The notes: generated by a model not told the origin, from the sequence alone. A stretch of DNA of 64,000 nucleotides from an uncultured Chloroflexia bacterium (GCA_963748625.1 CAVVJT010000010.1:288001-352000), one strand, 5' to 3'. Counted from the first letter of the stretch, positions 42,081 through 53,410 are shown. Numbers and translations are program-made.

Positions 42081-43290
42081 GTGTCGCTCCCGTCGCTCTC
42101 CCGCATTCCCGCCCCGCCCGACTCCATCCTCGGCCTCAACGAGGCCTTCAAGAAGGACCCCCGCCCGGGCAAGATCAGCCTCGCGGCCGGCGTGTTCGTC
42201 GATGAGACGGGCGCGACGCCCGTGCTCGACACGGTGATCGAGGCGGAGCGGCGCCTGGCCGCTGCGGCCGGCACGAAGCTCTATCGCCCCATCGACGGCG
42301 ATGCGGCGTACCGCAATCTCGTGCGCGACCTCGTCCTCGGCGCGGATCACGAGGCGGTCGTGTCCGGGCGCGCGATCGCGACCCAGACCCCCGGCGGTAC
42401 CGGCGGGCTGCGCGTGGCGGCCGACCTCCTGCGCCAGACCGGCAGCGGCGTGACCCTGTGGATGAGCGAGCCGACCTGGCCCAACCACCCGCAGATGTTC
42501 CTGGCCGCGGGCTTCCGCATCCGGACCTACCCGTACACCGACGCGACGGGCCGCACGATCGACGAGGCGGCCATGCTGGGCGCGCTCGAAGGCGCCTCCC
42601 CCGGCGATGTCGTGCTGCTCCACGGCGCCTGCCACAACCCCACGGGCGTCGATCCGTCACCCGATCTGTGGCGGCGCATCGGCGACCTGGTCGAGGCGAA
42701 GCATCTCCTGCCCATCGTGGACCTCGCCTACCAGGGCTTCGGCGACGGGCTGGTCGAGGACGCCGCCGGCCTGCGCGAGCTCGTGCGGCCGGGCATGGAG
42801 CTGCTTGTCTCCACGTCCTTCTCCAAGACCTTCTCGCTCTACTCCGAGCGGATCGGGGCGTTGCTCGTGATCGCGCGCTCCGCCGCGGATGCCGAGGCGG
42901 CACAGAGCCACGTGAAGGTCGCCATCCGCGTCAACTACTCCAACCCGCCCGCGCACGGTGCCGACGTCGTCAGGACCATCCTGTCCGATGCCGGGCTGCG
43001 CGCCCGCTGGGAGGTGGAGCTCGCCTCGATGCGCAACCGGATCAAGGACAACCGGCGCGCGCTCGTGGCAGCGCTCGATGCCCGTTCGATCCCGGGCGAC
43101 TGGGGCGGCATCGCCACCCAGCGCGGCATGTTCGCGCTGCTCGGCCTCTCGGCGCCCGCAGGTCGCGCGGCTCAAGGACGAGGACGGCGTGTACGTGGTG
43201 GGCCGCGGCCGCATCAACGTGGCCGGCCTCACGGCGGCCAACCTCGACCCGTTCGCGGACGCGCTCGCCCGGGTGATCGCCTCGTCGTAG
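42081..43290 (+). CDS. aspC: Aspartate/aromatic aminotransferase, class I (frameshift at ~43155)
   Basis: PPDSILGL, QTPGGTG, PTWPNH, HGACHNPTG, DLAYQGF, SFSKTFSLYSERIG, YSNPPAHGA, QRGMF, GRINVAG. Confidence 0.88.
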
Positions 43291-43306
43291 ATCCGCGGCG
43301 GCGCGA

Positions 43307-43399
43307 GGCGGGCGCCGCTTGCGCGCCGGGGCGGGCGCCGCTTGCGCGCCGGGGCGGGCGCCGCTTGCGCGCCGGGGCGGGCGCCGCTTGCGCGCCGGG
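43307..43399. repeat. 23-bp tandem repeat x4
   Basis: gcgggcgccgcttgcgcgccggg; cttg at 43318, 43341, 43364, 43387. Confidence 0.92.
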
Positions 43400-43536
43400 C
43401 ATTAAATTCCCAGTCTGATGCTGTCGGGTTGCCCGGGGTGCAACCCGACGACCGGTTAGCGGCCCGATCCGCCCCTGAATTGGTCGTCCTGATGCACCGC
43501 GGGCAATACGGCTTCACCGCACCCCGAAGGTATTGC
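43399..43536 (+). repeat. Dispersed 138-bp element, family B, copy 1
   Basis: GCATTA(43399), GCAAC(+41), GCAAT(+104), TATTGC(+132). Confidence 0.65.
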
Positions 43537-43608
43537 CGTTTCCGCAATCCACAGGGTGCACGAACCGACATAAGCCGTTGTGAAGTCGCGGGGCGTGTAC
43601 TTGGCGTC

Positions 43609-44352
43609 ATGGCACGCACGAGATCGGATCTCCAGATCGCCGCAGACCAGCATGCTGTGGACCTCCGAGAACACCTCGCCGACCGGCTCCGGGGCCTTCG
43701 ACGTGATGCCGGCCTCACGCAGCGCGCGGTCGCTGCAGCTGCGGGCGTGACGCCGTCTGTGCTGAGCCGGCTGGAGTCAGGCCGGTCCGAGCCCGCGCTC
43801 GAGACCTACGCTCGCATCGCGGCCGTGCTGGGCGCGGACCTCACCGCCCGCGTGTACCCGAACACCGGCCCGGCCATTCATGACCGCCACTCCGTGCCGA
43901 TGGCAGATCTGCTCCTCGGGGCGCTGCACCGCCGCTGGCGTCCCGCCCCAGAGGTCCGGGTCCGCGAGCCCGCGCAGGGCTGGGTCGATCTCGGCCTGCA
44001 CGACCCGGTGGCCCGGCTGGTCGTCGCCACGGAGCTCGAGGCGATGCTGTGGCGCATCGAGCAGCTCCTCCGGTGGAGCGCGGAGAAGGCTGCCTCGCTG
44101 CCCTCGTCCGACGCCTGGCCGACCTGGGCCGCCAGCGGCCAGCCGGACGTCAGTCGCCTGCTCGTCGTCCGCTGGACGCGCGCGAACCGGGAAGCGGCCG
44201 CAAGCGCCAGGCGCGTCCTGCTCGCCGCGTACCCGGGGGACCCGCGGGATGCCCTTGCGGCGCTGCTGGGATCGGCGGCATGGCCGGGCGCTGCAATCGT
44301 GTGGGCCCGCATCGACGGGGACCGGCCTGCACTCCTCGACGCGCGCTTGTAG
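43609..44352 (+). CDS. XRE-family HTH fused to a degenerate PD-(D/E)xK-like domain
   Basis: LRGLRRDAGLTQRAVAAAAGVTPSVLSRLESG; C-terminal WRPAPEV...GWVDLGL...VVATELE...EQLLRW. Confidence 0.75.
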   Translation: MARTRSDLQIAADQHAVDLREHLADRLRGLRRDAGLTQRAVAAAAGVTPSVLSRLESGRSEPALETYARIAAVLGADLTARVYPNTGPAIHDRHSVPMADLLLGALHRRWRPAPEVRVREPAQGWVDLGLHDPVARLVVATELEAMLWRIEQLLRWSAEKAASLPSSDAWPTWAASGQPDVSRLLVVRWTRANREAAASARRVLLAAYPGDPRDALAALLGSAAWPGAAIVWARIDGDRPALLDARL

Positions 44353-44392
44353 GACGGGCAACGGCGGCGGCGAGGTGGCGTGTGCGTGCGAG

Positions 44393-44530
44393 GCAATACT
44401 CAGGGGCCGGGGCGGCGTGCTCATGCCCGCCGGGCATCGACACAGCGCAATGGGGCTCCTCACGAAGGCAACCAGCGTCGCTGCGGTGCCCCGCAGGCAA
44501 CGTCGCGACACGGCGCGCGGGGACTATTGC
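44393..44530 (+). repeat. Dispersed 138-bp element, family B, copy 2
   Basis: GCAATA(44393), GCATC-GACACAGCG(+41), GCAAC(+104), GACAC, TATTGC(+132). Confidence 0.72.
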
Positions 44531-45415
44531 TCCGCCCGCACGGTCCCCGCCCTGATCCGGGCCCATACCCGGGCGCGCTCCTCGGGGGTCGTCAGCGGGA
44601 TCACGCCCAGCAGCATCGTCAGCGATCCGTACCACAGCGCCGGCAGGCAGAGCATGGCGCCAACCGGCACTGTCCAGCGCTGGTTGCGCAGCGCCCCCCA
44701 GGCGATCAGCGCCACGCCGATGGGCCCTCGTACGACCAGCGGAATCGGGATCGCCGCCCACGTCCCGCTCTTCCCGGTGTTGGCGCAGGAGCAGGTCGAT
44801 CCAGTCGAGCCAGGCCCGGGGGGACACAAGGAACGACACGGCCACCACAGCTGCCGTCGCCCCCAGCGCGATGGCGAGCGACCGCCACTCCCGGCGGATC
44901 GCGAACCAGAGCAGTCCGACCCCGGGCAGGATCTTGGTGAGCAGCACCAGCGACCAGGTCCAGGGTCGCCGAAACCCCTCGACGATCGCCACCGTGAGCA
45001 GCAGCGACACGTTGCCGCCCGCGATCTCCAGGGCTGCCGCGATGAGCCCCAGCCAGAACAGGTGCGGCCCGGTCAGCCGGTAGGCGGCCCAGATCAGGAT
45101 CGCCGTCCACGCCGCCACGAACAGCGGCCACGGCAGGAGGTTGAGCGGCCAGACCAGCTGGGCGAACGCGGGCGAGTACGGGTACGCACCGATCGCGTTC
45201 CAGTTGGTGCGGCCCGCGTAGATGTCCGCGTAGTCGAACCCGTAGTACGAGCGCGCGTCCTGGGCGGTCACCCACGAGCCGCTGAACGGCTCGGAGACGT
45301 CGATCGTGGGGTCCGAGAGCGCGATGACCATCACCCACAGCAGGACCGCCAGGACGAGTGCCACGGCGAAGCGCGGATCTGCGAGCCTGGCCCGAACGGA
45401 CGTCATGCGCTCCAT
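44524..45415 (-). CDS. GT87/DUF2029-like membrane glycosyltransferase (frameshift at ~44790)
   Basis: DARSYY, YPYSPAF, GNVSLL, LTKILP, RREWR; multiple TMs. Confidence 0.78.
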
Positions 45416-45483
45416 TGTCGGGCACACCCGACATCCAGACGGCACACGGCGACGCCGACTGTCCCCCCAAGATCGGCTGAACC

Positions 45484-46479
45484 CTACCGGAACGTCTTGA
45501 CCGCGACCCCTGACGCGCTGGCGACCTTCCCGTCGGCGGCGTTGAACACCGCCTGCGTCCCCGACGTGAACTTCGGCCCGAACATGGACTTCACGCCCGA
45601 GTAGCCGTACGAGTTCACCGACGACAGCTTCGCGTTGGCCCAGTTGGACGCGTCGCCCTGGACCCACGGGCCGCCCGATGAGCCACCGGTCATGTCGCAT
45701 CCCATCGACCAGGTCGCGCCGCCGGTGTTGGGGTCGGTGCCGAGCGGGCCCTTGCAGTACACGAGGTCCTTGCCCCGGTACTTGCCCGCGGCCGGGTAGC
45801 CGAAGGCGCCGAGCGTCTGGCCGAGGAGACCGCTCGAATACTGGATGTCGAAGCTGCCGCGAACACCAGCGTCCAGCTGCGAGCCGTCCTTGCCGCCTGC
45901 GGCGACGACCGCGAACGCCCAGTCATGCGTGACCGCCTGGTCATTGAAGGAGCCCGCCGAGGCGAACAGCGCATCCGCGTACAGCGCGTCGGCCACCCAG
46001 CATCCGTACGTCGCCTTCGCGCAGTCGTAGCTGGGGGACGTGTCGAACGACGGGATGAAGATCCAGTTGGTGGCGAAGGTGCCGTCGTTCTCCACCACAC
46101 AGTGGCCTGCCGTCAGCACGACCGACCGCCCCGTGCTCCCATCCTTCACGATCGATCCGGAGCAGATGTAGTCGACACCGGCCATCGTGAACAGGGCACG
46201 ACCGGTGGCCGTGAGCATCTTGCCGCCGCCGGTCCACGACGCCCCGGTGACCGTGCCCGTACCACCTCCGCCGCCGGGCTTGGCGAGCGGCTGGAAGCCG
46301 CGGGCCGGGTCGAACACGAAGTCGCGCGGGGTCGCGGCCTTCATCCGGGCCGGCGTCCAGTACGCGAGAACCTTGGCGTGGTGGCTGGCGACGCCCGCGG
46401 GTGAGGCGGCCGCGACTTGGCCGGGCAGCAAGCCGACCAGGAGCAGGGACGCGATCAGCAGGGCGAGACGACGGCGCAC
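45484..46479 (-). CDS. Secreted trypsin-like serine protease (S1)
   Basis: GGAGG RBS, signal peptide, YWTPARM, CSG, TAGHC, HDWAF, GYP, DMTGGSSGGPW. Confidence 0.9.
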   Translation of the reverse strand: MRRRLALLIASLLLVGLLPGQVAAASPAGVASHHAKVLAYWTPARMKAATPRDFVFDPARGFQPLAKPGGGGGTGTVTGASWTGGGKMLTATGRALFTMAGVDYICSGSIVKDGSTGRSVVLTAGHCVVENDGTFATNWIFIPSFDTSPSYDCAKATYGCWVADALYADALFASAGSFNDQAVTHDWAFAVVAAGGKDGSQLDAGVRGSFDIQYSSGLLGQTLGAFGYPAAGKYRGKDLVYCKGPLGTDPNTGGATWSMGCDMTGGSSGGPWVQGDASNWANAKLSSVNSYGYSGVKSMFGPKFTSGTQAVFNAADGKVASASGVAVKTFR

Positions 46480-46800
46480 GGTCAACCTCCTGGACGCGAG
46501 CAGGGCGCGTGGGCGGAGTATGGCGGCACCCGGGTGCCACGTGAAGGCCGGCTCGCCGCACGGGACGGCGCGTCAGCCTTGGACCCTGCGGCAGCGTCTC
46601 CCGTTCGGGCTCCCGACGTGGCGGCCGTGCGGCGCTCGCTGACACCACGGGGAGTCGCTTGGGCATGCGCCGTGCGGCGGGCGTGCAGCCTGGCCGAGTC
46701 CGCTGCACGTCCCGTGCACAGACGCCCGCTCCATGACTCCCGGCGGGTTCAAGGAGCGGTCGAGGCTCCCTCCCGGTGGCTCACAGCACCGGAACCACGC

Positions 46801-47223
46801 CTACGCCGCCACCTCGTCGGCGCCGTCGTTCGGCATGTCGGCGGACCCGTCCCCCATCGCGCCACGCGGCACGAGCCTGAACACGGGCCCGGTCCCGACG
46901 CGCGACGCGGGTGCCCCGTACTTCGCGTGGATTGCGGTCATCGCGGCCTCGCGCTCCTCGCCGTGCAGCTCGACCGCGGTGAAGTCCGAATCCACTGACC
47001 CGGCGCGGACGTGGCATGTGGCGTTGGCGAGCAGGTTCTTCGGCCAGTGCGACTCCAGCCGGCCGGCACCCACCCAGAGCGACCCGTCGGAGTTCTGCAC
47101 GTAGCCCACCGGCGTACGGAAACGACGGCCGCTCGAACGCCCAACCGTCTCGATCATCGCCATCCGGCCGGACGCGGCCATCCGCTCGCCGATCAACTTG
47201 TTGAATTGCTGCATCACGTTCAT
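46801..47223 (-). CDS. Deazaflavin (F420)-dependent nitroreductase family protein
   Basis: AGGAGG RBS; ETVGRSSGRRFRTPV, WPKNLLAN, PVFRL. Confidence 0.8.
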   Translation of the reverse strand: MNVMQQFNKLIGERMAASGRMAMIETVGRSSGRRFRTPVGYVQNSDGSLWVGAGRLESHWPKNLLANATCHVRAGSVDSDFTAVELHGEEREAAMTAIHAKYGAPASRVGTGPVFRLVPRGAMGDGSADMPNDGADEVAA

Positions 47224-47370
47224 GCGCGCCTCCTGTCGAGTTCCTGTTCGGGCGACCGCCGCCGTTGGATGCGCGCGCCGGTGCGACGGGTCGCTTCCGG
47301 CCGCATACCATGGCCCCCGCACGAGCGGCTGGACCGTCCGGCCGGAGCGCCCGAGGAGCAGGATCCCGAG

Positions 47371-48399
47371 ATGAGAGGCTGGCAGCGCCTGGCAGGCCTC
47401 GCGGTCGTCGCGGGCCTCCTTGTCGCCGCTTGCTCCGGGAACGCCAGTCCCACGCCCGCCGGACCTCCCGGTCTCGAGAAGGTCGCGGTCGCCTACGACA
47501 TCGCCGGCCGTGGCGACGGCGGCTTCAACGATCTCGCCTACAACGGCGCGAAGCAGGCGGCCGACGAGCTGGGCGCGGGGCTCACCGAGGTCACTGCCAA
47601 GCCCGACGACACGGACAGCGACCGGGCCGAGCGCCTCCGCCTGCTCGCCGAGTCTGGCCACAATCCAATCGTGGCGGTCGGCTTCAGCTACGCCGGTCCG
47701 CTCGCGACCGTGGCCGCCGAGTACCCGGCCACCTGGTTCGGCATCGTGGACGACGCCACCGTGGAGGCGCCCAACGTCGTCGGGATCACGTTCAAGGAGG
47801 AGCAGGGCTCCTTCCTGGTGGGCGTGGCGGCGGCCCTGACGTCGAAGACCGGCAAGGTCGGCTTCGTCGGGGCGCTGCCGATCCCCCTGCTCCAGCGTTT
47901 CGAGGCTGGCTTCGCCGCCGGCGCCCGTGCCGTCAACGCCGATGCGGAGGTGTTCACCGCATATCTCAGCCAGCCGCCCGACTTCAGCGGCTTCGACGAC
48001 CCGGCGAAGGCCAAGGAGGCGGCCTTCGGGATGTTCGACCAGGGTGCCGACGTGGTCTTCGCGGCTGCGGGCGCATCGGGCATGGGCGTGATCGATGCGG
48101 CCCACGATCGCGGCCTCTGGGCGATCGGCGTGGACAACGACCAGTACCTGACCACCGACGAGGCGCTGCGCGACTCGATCCTCACCTCGATGCTCAAGAA
48201 CGCCGACGTGGGCACCCACGCCTTCGTGCGCAGCGTCGCGGACGGCACGGCCGAGGGCGGCAACGCGGTGTTCGACCTCGCCTCGGGCGGCGTCGGCTAC
48301 GCGACCTCCGGCGGGTTCGTGGACGGGATCAGGAGCCAGATCGACGCGTGGGCGGCGAAGATCGTCGACGGCGAGATCACCGTCCCGTCGGTGCCCTGA
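47371..48399 (+). CDS. BMP-family ABC substrate-binding lipoprotein (nucleoside-type)
   Basis: Lipobox VAAC; GRGDGGFND, FKEEQGSFLVG, GADVVF, AIGVD, ILTSMLKN. Confidence 0.92.
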   Translation: MRGWQRLAGLAVVAGLLVAACSGNASPTPAGPPGLEKVAVAYDIAGRGDGGFNDLAYNGAKQAADELGAGLTEVTAKPDDTDSDRAERLRLLAESGHNPIVAVGFSYAGPLATVAAEYPATWFGIVDDATVEAPNVVGITFKEEQGSFLVGVAAALTSKTGKVGFVGALPIPLLQRFEAGFAAGARAVNADAEVFTAYLSQPPDFSGFDDPAKAKEAAFGMFDQGADVVFAAAGASGMGVIDAAHDRGLWAIGVDNDQYLTTDEALRDSILTSMLKNADVGTHAFVRSVADGTAEGGNAVFDLASGGVGYATSGGFVDGIRSQIDAWAAKIVDGEITVPSVP

Positions 48400-50044
48400 T
48401 GCCCGCACCGGCAGGCGGCGAGTCGGGCGGTCCGGACCCGGGGGACCGCGAGGACCTCGAAGACCTCGAGGATCGCGAGGACCCTGGTTGGGGGCCGACG
48501 CCCGCGTCGTCCCCGGAACCGGTCATCGAGCTGCGGGGCATCACCAAGCGGCTTCCCGGGTGTCGTCGCGAACGCGGATGTCGATCTCGACGTGCACCCG
48601 GGCGAGGTGCACGCGGTCGTCGGCGAGAACGGCGCCGGCAAGTCCACGCTCATGCGCATCCTGTACGGCCTGCGCCCAACCCGATGCCGGCGCAGTCATC
48701 CGCGTCGACGGGCGCGCCGGTCCACCTGCGCTCCCCGGCGGACGCGATCCGGCTGGGCATCGGGATGGTCCACCAGCACGCCCGCCTGGCCGACAACCTG
48801 ACCGTCGTCGAGAACGTGGTCATCGGCGCGGAGCCGGTGCGGGCCGGCCGGCTGGACCTCGCGCGGGCCGCGCGGGACATCGCGGCCATCGCCGTCCGCG
48901 CCGGACTCGCAATCGACCCCGGCGCACGGGTCGAGCGCCTGTCGGTCGGCGAGCGCCAGCGGGTCGAGATCCTCAAGGTCCTCTACCGCGGCGCGCGGAT
49001 CCTGGTCCTCGACGAGCCCACGGCGGTGCTCGCGCCTGCGCGAGGTGCGCGAGCTGGTGGCAGGTCTGCGCGCCCTTGCCGCCGGCGGCTTCGCGGTCGT
49101 GTTCATCAGCCACAAGCTCGACGAGGTGCTCGCGCGTCGCCGACCGGATCACGGTGATGCGCGGCGGTCGGGTGGTCGCCACCACCACCCCCGGCGAGAC
49201 CGACGGTCCCACGCTCGCCCGCCTCATGACCGGCACCACGCTGCCCGGAGGTCGTGCCCCGGACCACGCCGATCCGCGAGGACGAGGTGCGCGCTGGCGC
49301 TCGAGGATGTGGAGCTCGCCTCCGACGGGCACGGTCCCGGCCTGCACGACGATCGCCCTGCGCATCCGGCGCGGCGAGGTGGTGGGCGTCGCCGGGGTCG
49401 AGGGCAACGGGCAGGCCGAGCTGTTCGACGTGGTCCTGGGCCTGCGCCGGCCGGATGTCGGACGGGTGCTGCTCGAGGGCGAGGAGGCGACCGCCTGGTC
49501 CACGGCGGACCGCCGACGGGCCGGGCTCGCCTGCATCGCGGCCGACCGCCAGCGCGAGGGCCTGCTCCTCGATGCGCCACTGTGGGAGAACGGGATCCTG
49601 GGCCACCAGCACGACGCCGGCGTGAGCCGTGGGCCGTGGCTGCGGCCGGGCTGGGCGCGCGCGGACGCACGGACGCTCGTGTACATGGCGGACGTGCGCA
49701 CACCTTCCATCGACGTGCCGGCCGCTGCGCTCTCGGGGGGCAACCAGCAGAAGCTCATCGTGGGCCGGGAGCTGCGGTCCGTGCCGCGGGTGCTGCTTGC
49801 CGCGCACCCGACACGGGGCGTGGACGTGGGCGCGCAGGCGCTCATCTGGAAGCGCCTCGGGCGCGCCCGCGACAACGGCCTGGCCGTGCTGCTGCTCTCG
49901 TCGGACCTGGGCGAGCTCATGGCGCTCTCGGACAGGATCATCGTGCTGCTGCGCGGGCGGATCGTCGCGGAGATGCCCGCCGCTGAGGCCACGGCGGACC
50001 GCATCGGCGCCGCGATGACCGGCGTCGAGCCGGCGCCGCGATGA
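48399..50044 (+). CDS. Tandem-domain ABC ATPase of a nucleoside/sugar importer (several frameshifts)
   Basis: [54 protein letters not shown] spread over several frames. Confidence 0.82.
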
Positions 50045-50069
50045 CCGGCGTCGAGCCGGAGCCGGCCGC

Positions 50070-51217
50070 GTGACCCGCGAGCGCCTGGCCCGCGTCGCGC
50101 TGCTCCTCGCCGCGCCCGCGCTCGCCTTCGTGCTTGCCTCGGCGGTCGGGTTCCTCGTGCTGCTCGCCGCCGGCGCCGACCCGGCCGAGGTCATCCGCGA
50201 GACGGCCGCCTACCTCGCCCGCCCGTCCAGCGTCGTCGCCGTCCTCAACCGCGCCACCACCTACTACCTCGCGGGGATCGCCGCAGCCATCGGGTTCCGG
50301 ATGCTGCTGTTCAACATCGGCATCGACGGGCAGTACCGGCTGGCCGTCTTCGCTGCGGCCGTCGTGGGCGGGGCGGTCGCGCTGCCGCCGCCGCTCCACG
50401 TGGGCCTGCAGGTGGTGGTGGCGATGGTCGTCGGCGCCGTCGTGGGCGGCGATCGCGGGGCTGCTCAAGGCACGGCGCGGCGTCTCCGAGGTCATCAGCA
50501 CGATCATGCTCAACGGCGTCGCCACCGGGATCATCGCGTGGCTGCTCGGCCCGGGGCGGTTCGGCATCCTCGCGGAGGGCTCCAACAACGTGACCACCGC
50601 CCCGATCCCGCCGTCGGGACAGCTCCCCGGGATCGACACCGGCGCCGGCGTCCTGTACGGCTTCCTCGCGATCGCCGTGCTCGTCGGCATCGGCTACTGG
50701 GTGCTCCTCAACCGGACCGTGTTCGGGTTCGAGCTCCGGGCCAGCGGCTGGTCGCTCGCGTGCGGCGGCCATCGGCGGCGTGGACGCGCGGCGGATGATC
50801 GTGGTCACGATGCTGCTGTCGGGCGCGATCGCCGGGCTGGTCGGCCTGCCGCAGCTGCTGGGCGAGAGCCACCAGTACGGCCTGGACTTCCCGGCCGGCT
50901 ACGGGATCACCGGCCTCGCGATCGCGCTGCTGGGCCGGAACCACCCGATCGGCGTCGCGTTGGGCGCCGCTGGTCTGGGCGGCGATGGAGCGATCGGGCC
51001 AGATGCTGGACCTGGTCGGCGTCAGCTCCGAGATCGTCGTGATCATGCAGGCGGTCATCGTCCTGGCCATCGTGGTCGCCTACGAGCTCGTCCGGCGGGC
51101 GACGCTGCGGCGTCAGGCGCGCCTCGTGCGCAGGTCGGGGGGCACGGCCGGGGGCACGGCCGGGCCCCGAGCCGCTGGCAGGGGTGGCGTTGTGAGCACC
51201 CTGCGGACAGCGCGTGA
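50070..51217 (+). CDS. ABC permease, BMP-type importer (frameshifted; end approximate)
   Basis: LFNIGIDGQ, GVSEVISTIMLN, RTVFGFELRA, GYGITGLAIALLGRNHP. Confidence 0.78.
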
Positions 51218-52458
51218 CCGAGCCCGGGATCCGCGGCGAGTCGGTTCGCCGGCCTGCGCACGATCGTGTGGTTGGAGCTGCTGCTCGTCGTTCGCCGCGG
51301 TGTCGCTGCTCAAGGACCTGGCGGGCGCGCCGGACCTGCTCTCGCGAGGGTCGGTCGGGCGCGTCCCTGCGCTTCACGGCGCCCATCCTGCTGGCCGGCA
51401 TGGGCGCGCTCTGGGCGGAGCGGTCGGGCGTGATCAACATCGCGCTCGAGGGGGCGATGATCACCGGCACCTGGTTCGGCGCGTGGGCGGGAATCACGTT
51501 CGGCCCCGAGGCGGGCGTGGCTGCTGGGCCTCGCTGCCGGGGCGGTGTTCGGCCTGGTGCTCGGGGTGCTCACGGTCGGGTTCGGCGTGGACCAGGCGAT
51601 GGCGGGGCTCGCGCTCAACCTGCTCGCGGCGGGCGTGACCCGGTTCCTCTCGTCGCTGGCGTTCGAGGGCGTCGGGACCGGGTCGATCACCCGCTCGCCG
51701 CAGGTCCCCGGCCTGCCCGAGGTCTCCGTGCCCGGTGCGGCCGTCGCTGCTGGAGCCGGTCGCAGCGAGCGGCATCCCCGTCGTGTCGGACGCCGCGAAC
51801 GTGCTTCTCGGGCTCACCACCGACGTGTCGGTGCTCACGATCGTCGCCTTCGCCACCGTCCCGATCACCGCCTGGGTCCTGTGGCGCACGCGCCTGGGCC
51901 TGCGGATCAGGTTCGCAGGCGAGGCGCCCGACGCGGAGGACGCGCTGGGGGTGAGTCCCGAACCTCCACCGGTATGTCGCCCTGTCCGTGAGCGGGGCGC
52001 TGGGCGCACTCGGCGGGCGTGTACCTCGTGATGGTGGCCTCGAGCGCCTACACCGAGGGCCAGACCGCGGGGCGCGGCTTCATCGGGATGGCCACCGTCG
52101 TCTTCGGCAACTGGCAGGCCCTGCCGACAGCGCTCGGGCGCCTACCTCTTCGGCTTCACCGATGCCCTGCGGACGCGGCAGGAGGGCACGCTCGATGCCC
52201 TGCTGGTCGTCGGCGGGCTCGTGCTCCTGGGGCTCGCTGTGGTGCGTCTCCGCGACCGCAGGCGGCGGTCCTCGGCGGTCTACGCAGGGCTGGCCGCCGC
52301 GTGCTATCGCGTGGTTCACCCTCGTGGGGGCGGTGCCCACCGAGCTCGTGGCCTACGCCCCGCAGGTGACGACGCTCGTCGTGCTCGCGCTCGCCCGCCA
52401 GGACCTCCGGCCGCCGGCCGCCATCGGGCTCCCCTATCGTCGGGGCGAGCAGACCTGA
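51192..52458 (+). CDS. ABC permease, BMP-type importer (frameshifted; start approximate)
   Basis: ERSGVINIALEG, DQAMAGLALN, RTRLGLR..GE, GQTAGRGFIG, PPAAIGLPY. Confidence 0.78.
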
Positions 52459-52605
52459 CCCGGCCTCGCTTCGACCGCTGCCGGCTCCGCCTGTCGGGCT
52501 GGCTCCGCGCCTCCACCCCGCTCAGGCCGCGAAATGCATCTCACACGGCGCCGCCCGTTCGGCGACAATCCGGTGGCCTGCACGAGCCGAGGGAGAGAGC
52601 CACCG

Positions 52606-53325
52606 ATGTCCTACGTCACCGAGAACCTGCTGAACAACGAGAAGGTCCTGCTGGAGTCCCGGAAGCACTGGATCGCCCCGGTGCGGGATTCCTGGATCCC
52701 GGCCCTGATGATCCTGGGCGGGCTCTTCCTCTGGTACTGGAACCCGAGCGGCGATGGCATCCTCGGTTTCCTGTGGACCGCGATCGCCCTCCTGCGCTGG
52801 GCCCTGCTGATCGGCGGCATCCTGTGGATCGCCTACAACATCGTCGTCTGGCGGACGGCCGAGTTCGCGGTCACCAACCTGCGCGTCCTCCGCTCCGAGG
52901 GCTTCATCCAGAAGCGCACGTCGGAGACCCTGCTCAGCGCGGTGACGGACGTGAAGCTCAGCGTGGGTGTCATCGGCGGGCGCCTGGGCTATGGCGACGT
53001 GAAGGTCTTCACGCAGTCGGGCGATGCCGGCGCCGACAACTTCACGACCATCACGCAGCCCGCGACCTTCCGCACCACGATGATGGGCGTCAAGGTCGAG
53101 GAGCAGATGGCGATGCGGGCCCCGTACCAGGCGGCAGCGCCCGCGCCGGCGGCGGCTCCTGCGCCCGTCGCGGCGGCCGCACCCGTGGCGCCGGCGCCCA
53201 CGACCGCCGAGCAGTTGGACGACCAGGCCGATCGCCTCGTCAAGCTCGCCGAGCTGCGCGACCAGGGCGTGATCACGCCCGAGGAGTTCGAGGCGAAGAA
53301 GGCGGAGATCCTCTCCCGGATCTGA
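52606..53325 (+). CDS. Membrane protein with bacterial PH domain and C-terminal SHOCT domain
   Basis: 2 TMs, FAVTNLRV, LGYGDV, Ala/Pro linker, LVKLAELRDQGVITPEEFEAKKAEIL. Confidence 0.85.
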   Translation: MSYVTENLLNNEKVLLESRKHWIAPVRDSWIPALMILGGLFLWYWNPSGDGILGFLWTAIALLRWALLIGGILWIAYNIVVWRTAEFAVTNLRVLRSEGFIQKRTSETLLSAVTDVKLSVGVIGGRLGYGDVKVFTQSGDAGADNFTTITQPATFRTTMMGVKVEEQMAMRAPYQAAAPAPAAAPAPVAAAAPVAPAPTTAEQLDDQADRLVKLAELRDQGVITPEEFEAKKAEILSRI

Positions 53326-53410
53326 GCGGGGATCGAGCTGGCGGGGCGGCGCGCCGGAGCGCCATGGCGCGCGGCGTCCGGCTTCGCTCGCGGCGCAGCA
53401 GCAGCTCTGC

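Noticed and set aside
46540-46625. c-di-GMP-I riboswitch-like fragment upstream of the serine protease (minus strand)
   Set aside because: Has gggtccaagg/agccgg-like pieces but lacks the GCAAA/GAAA core; needs an Infernal search.
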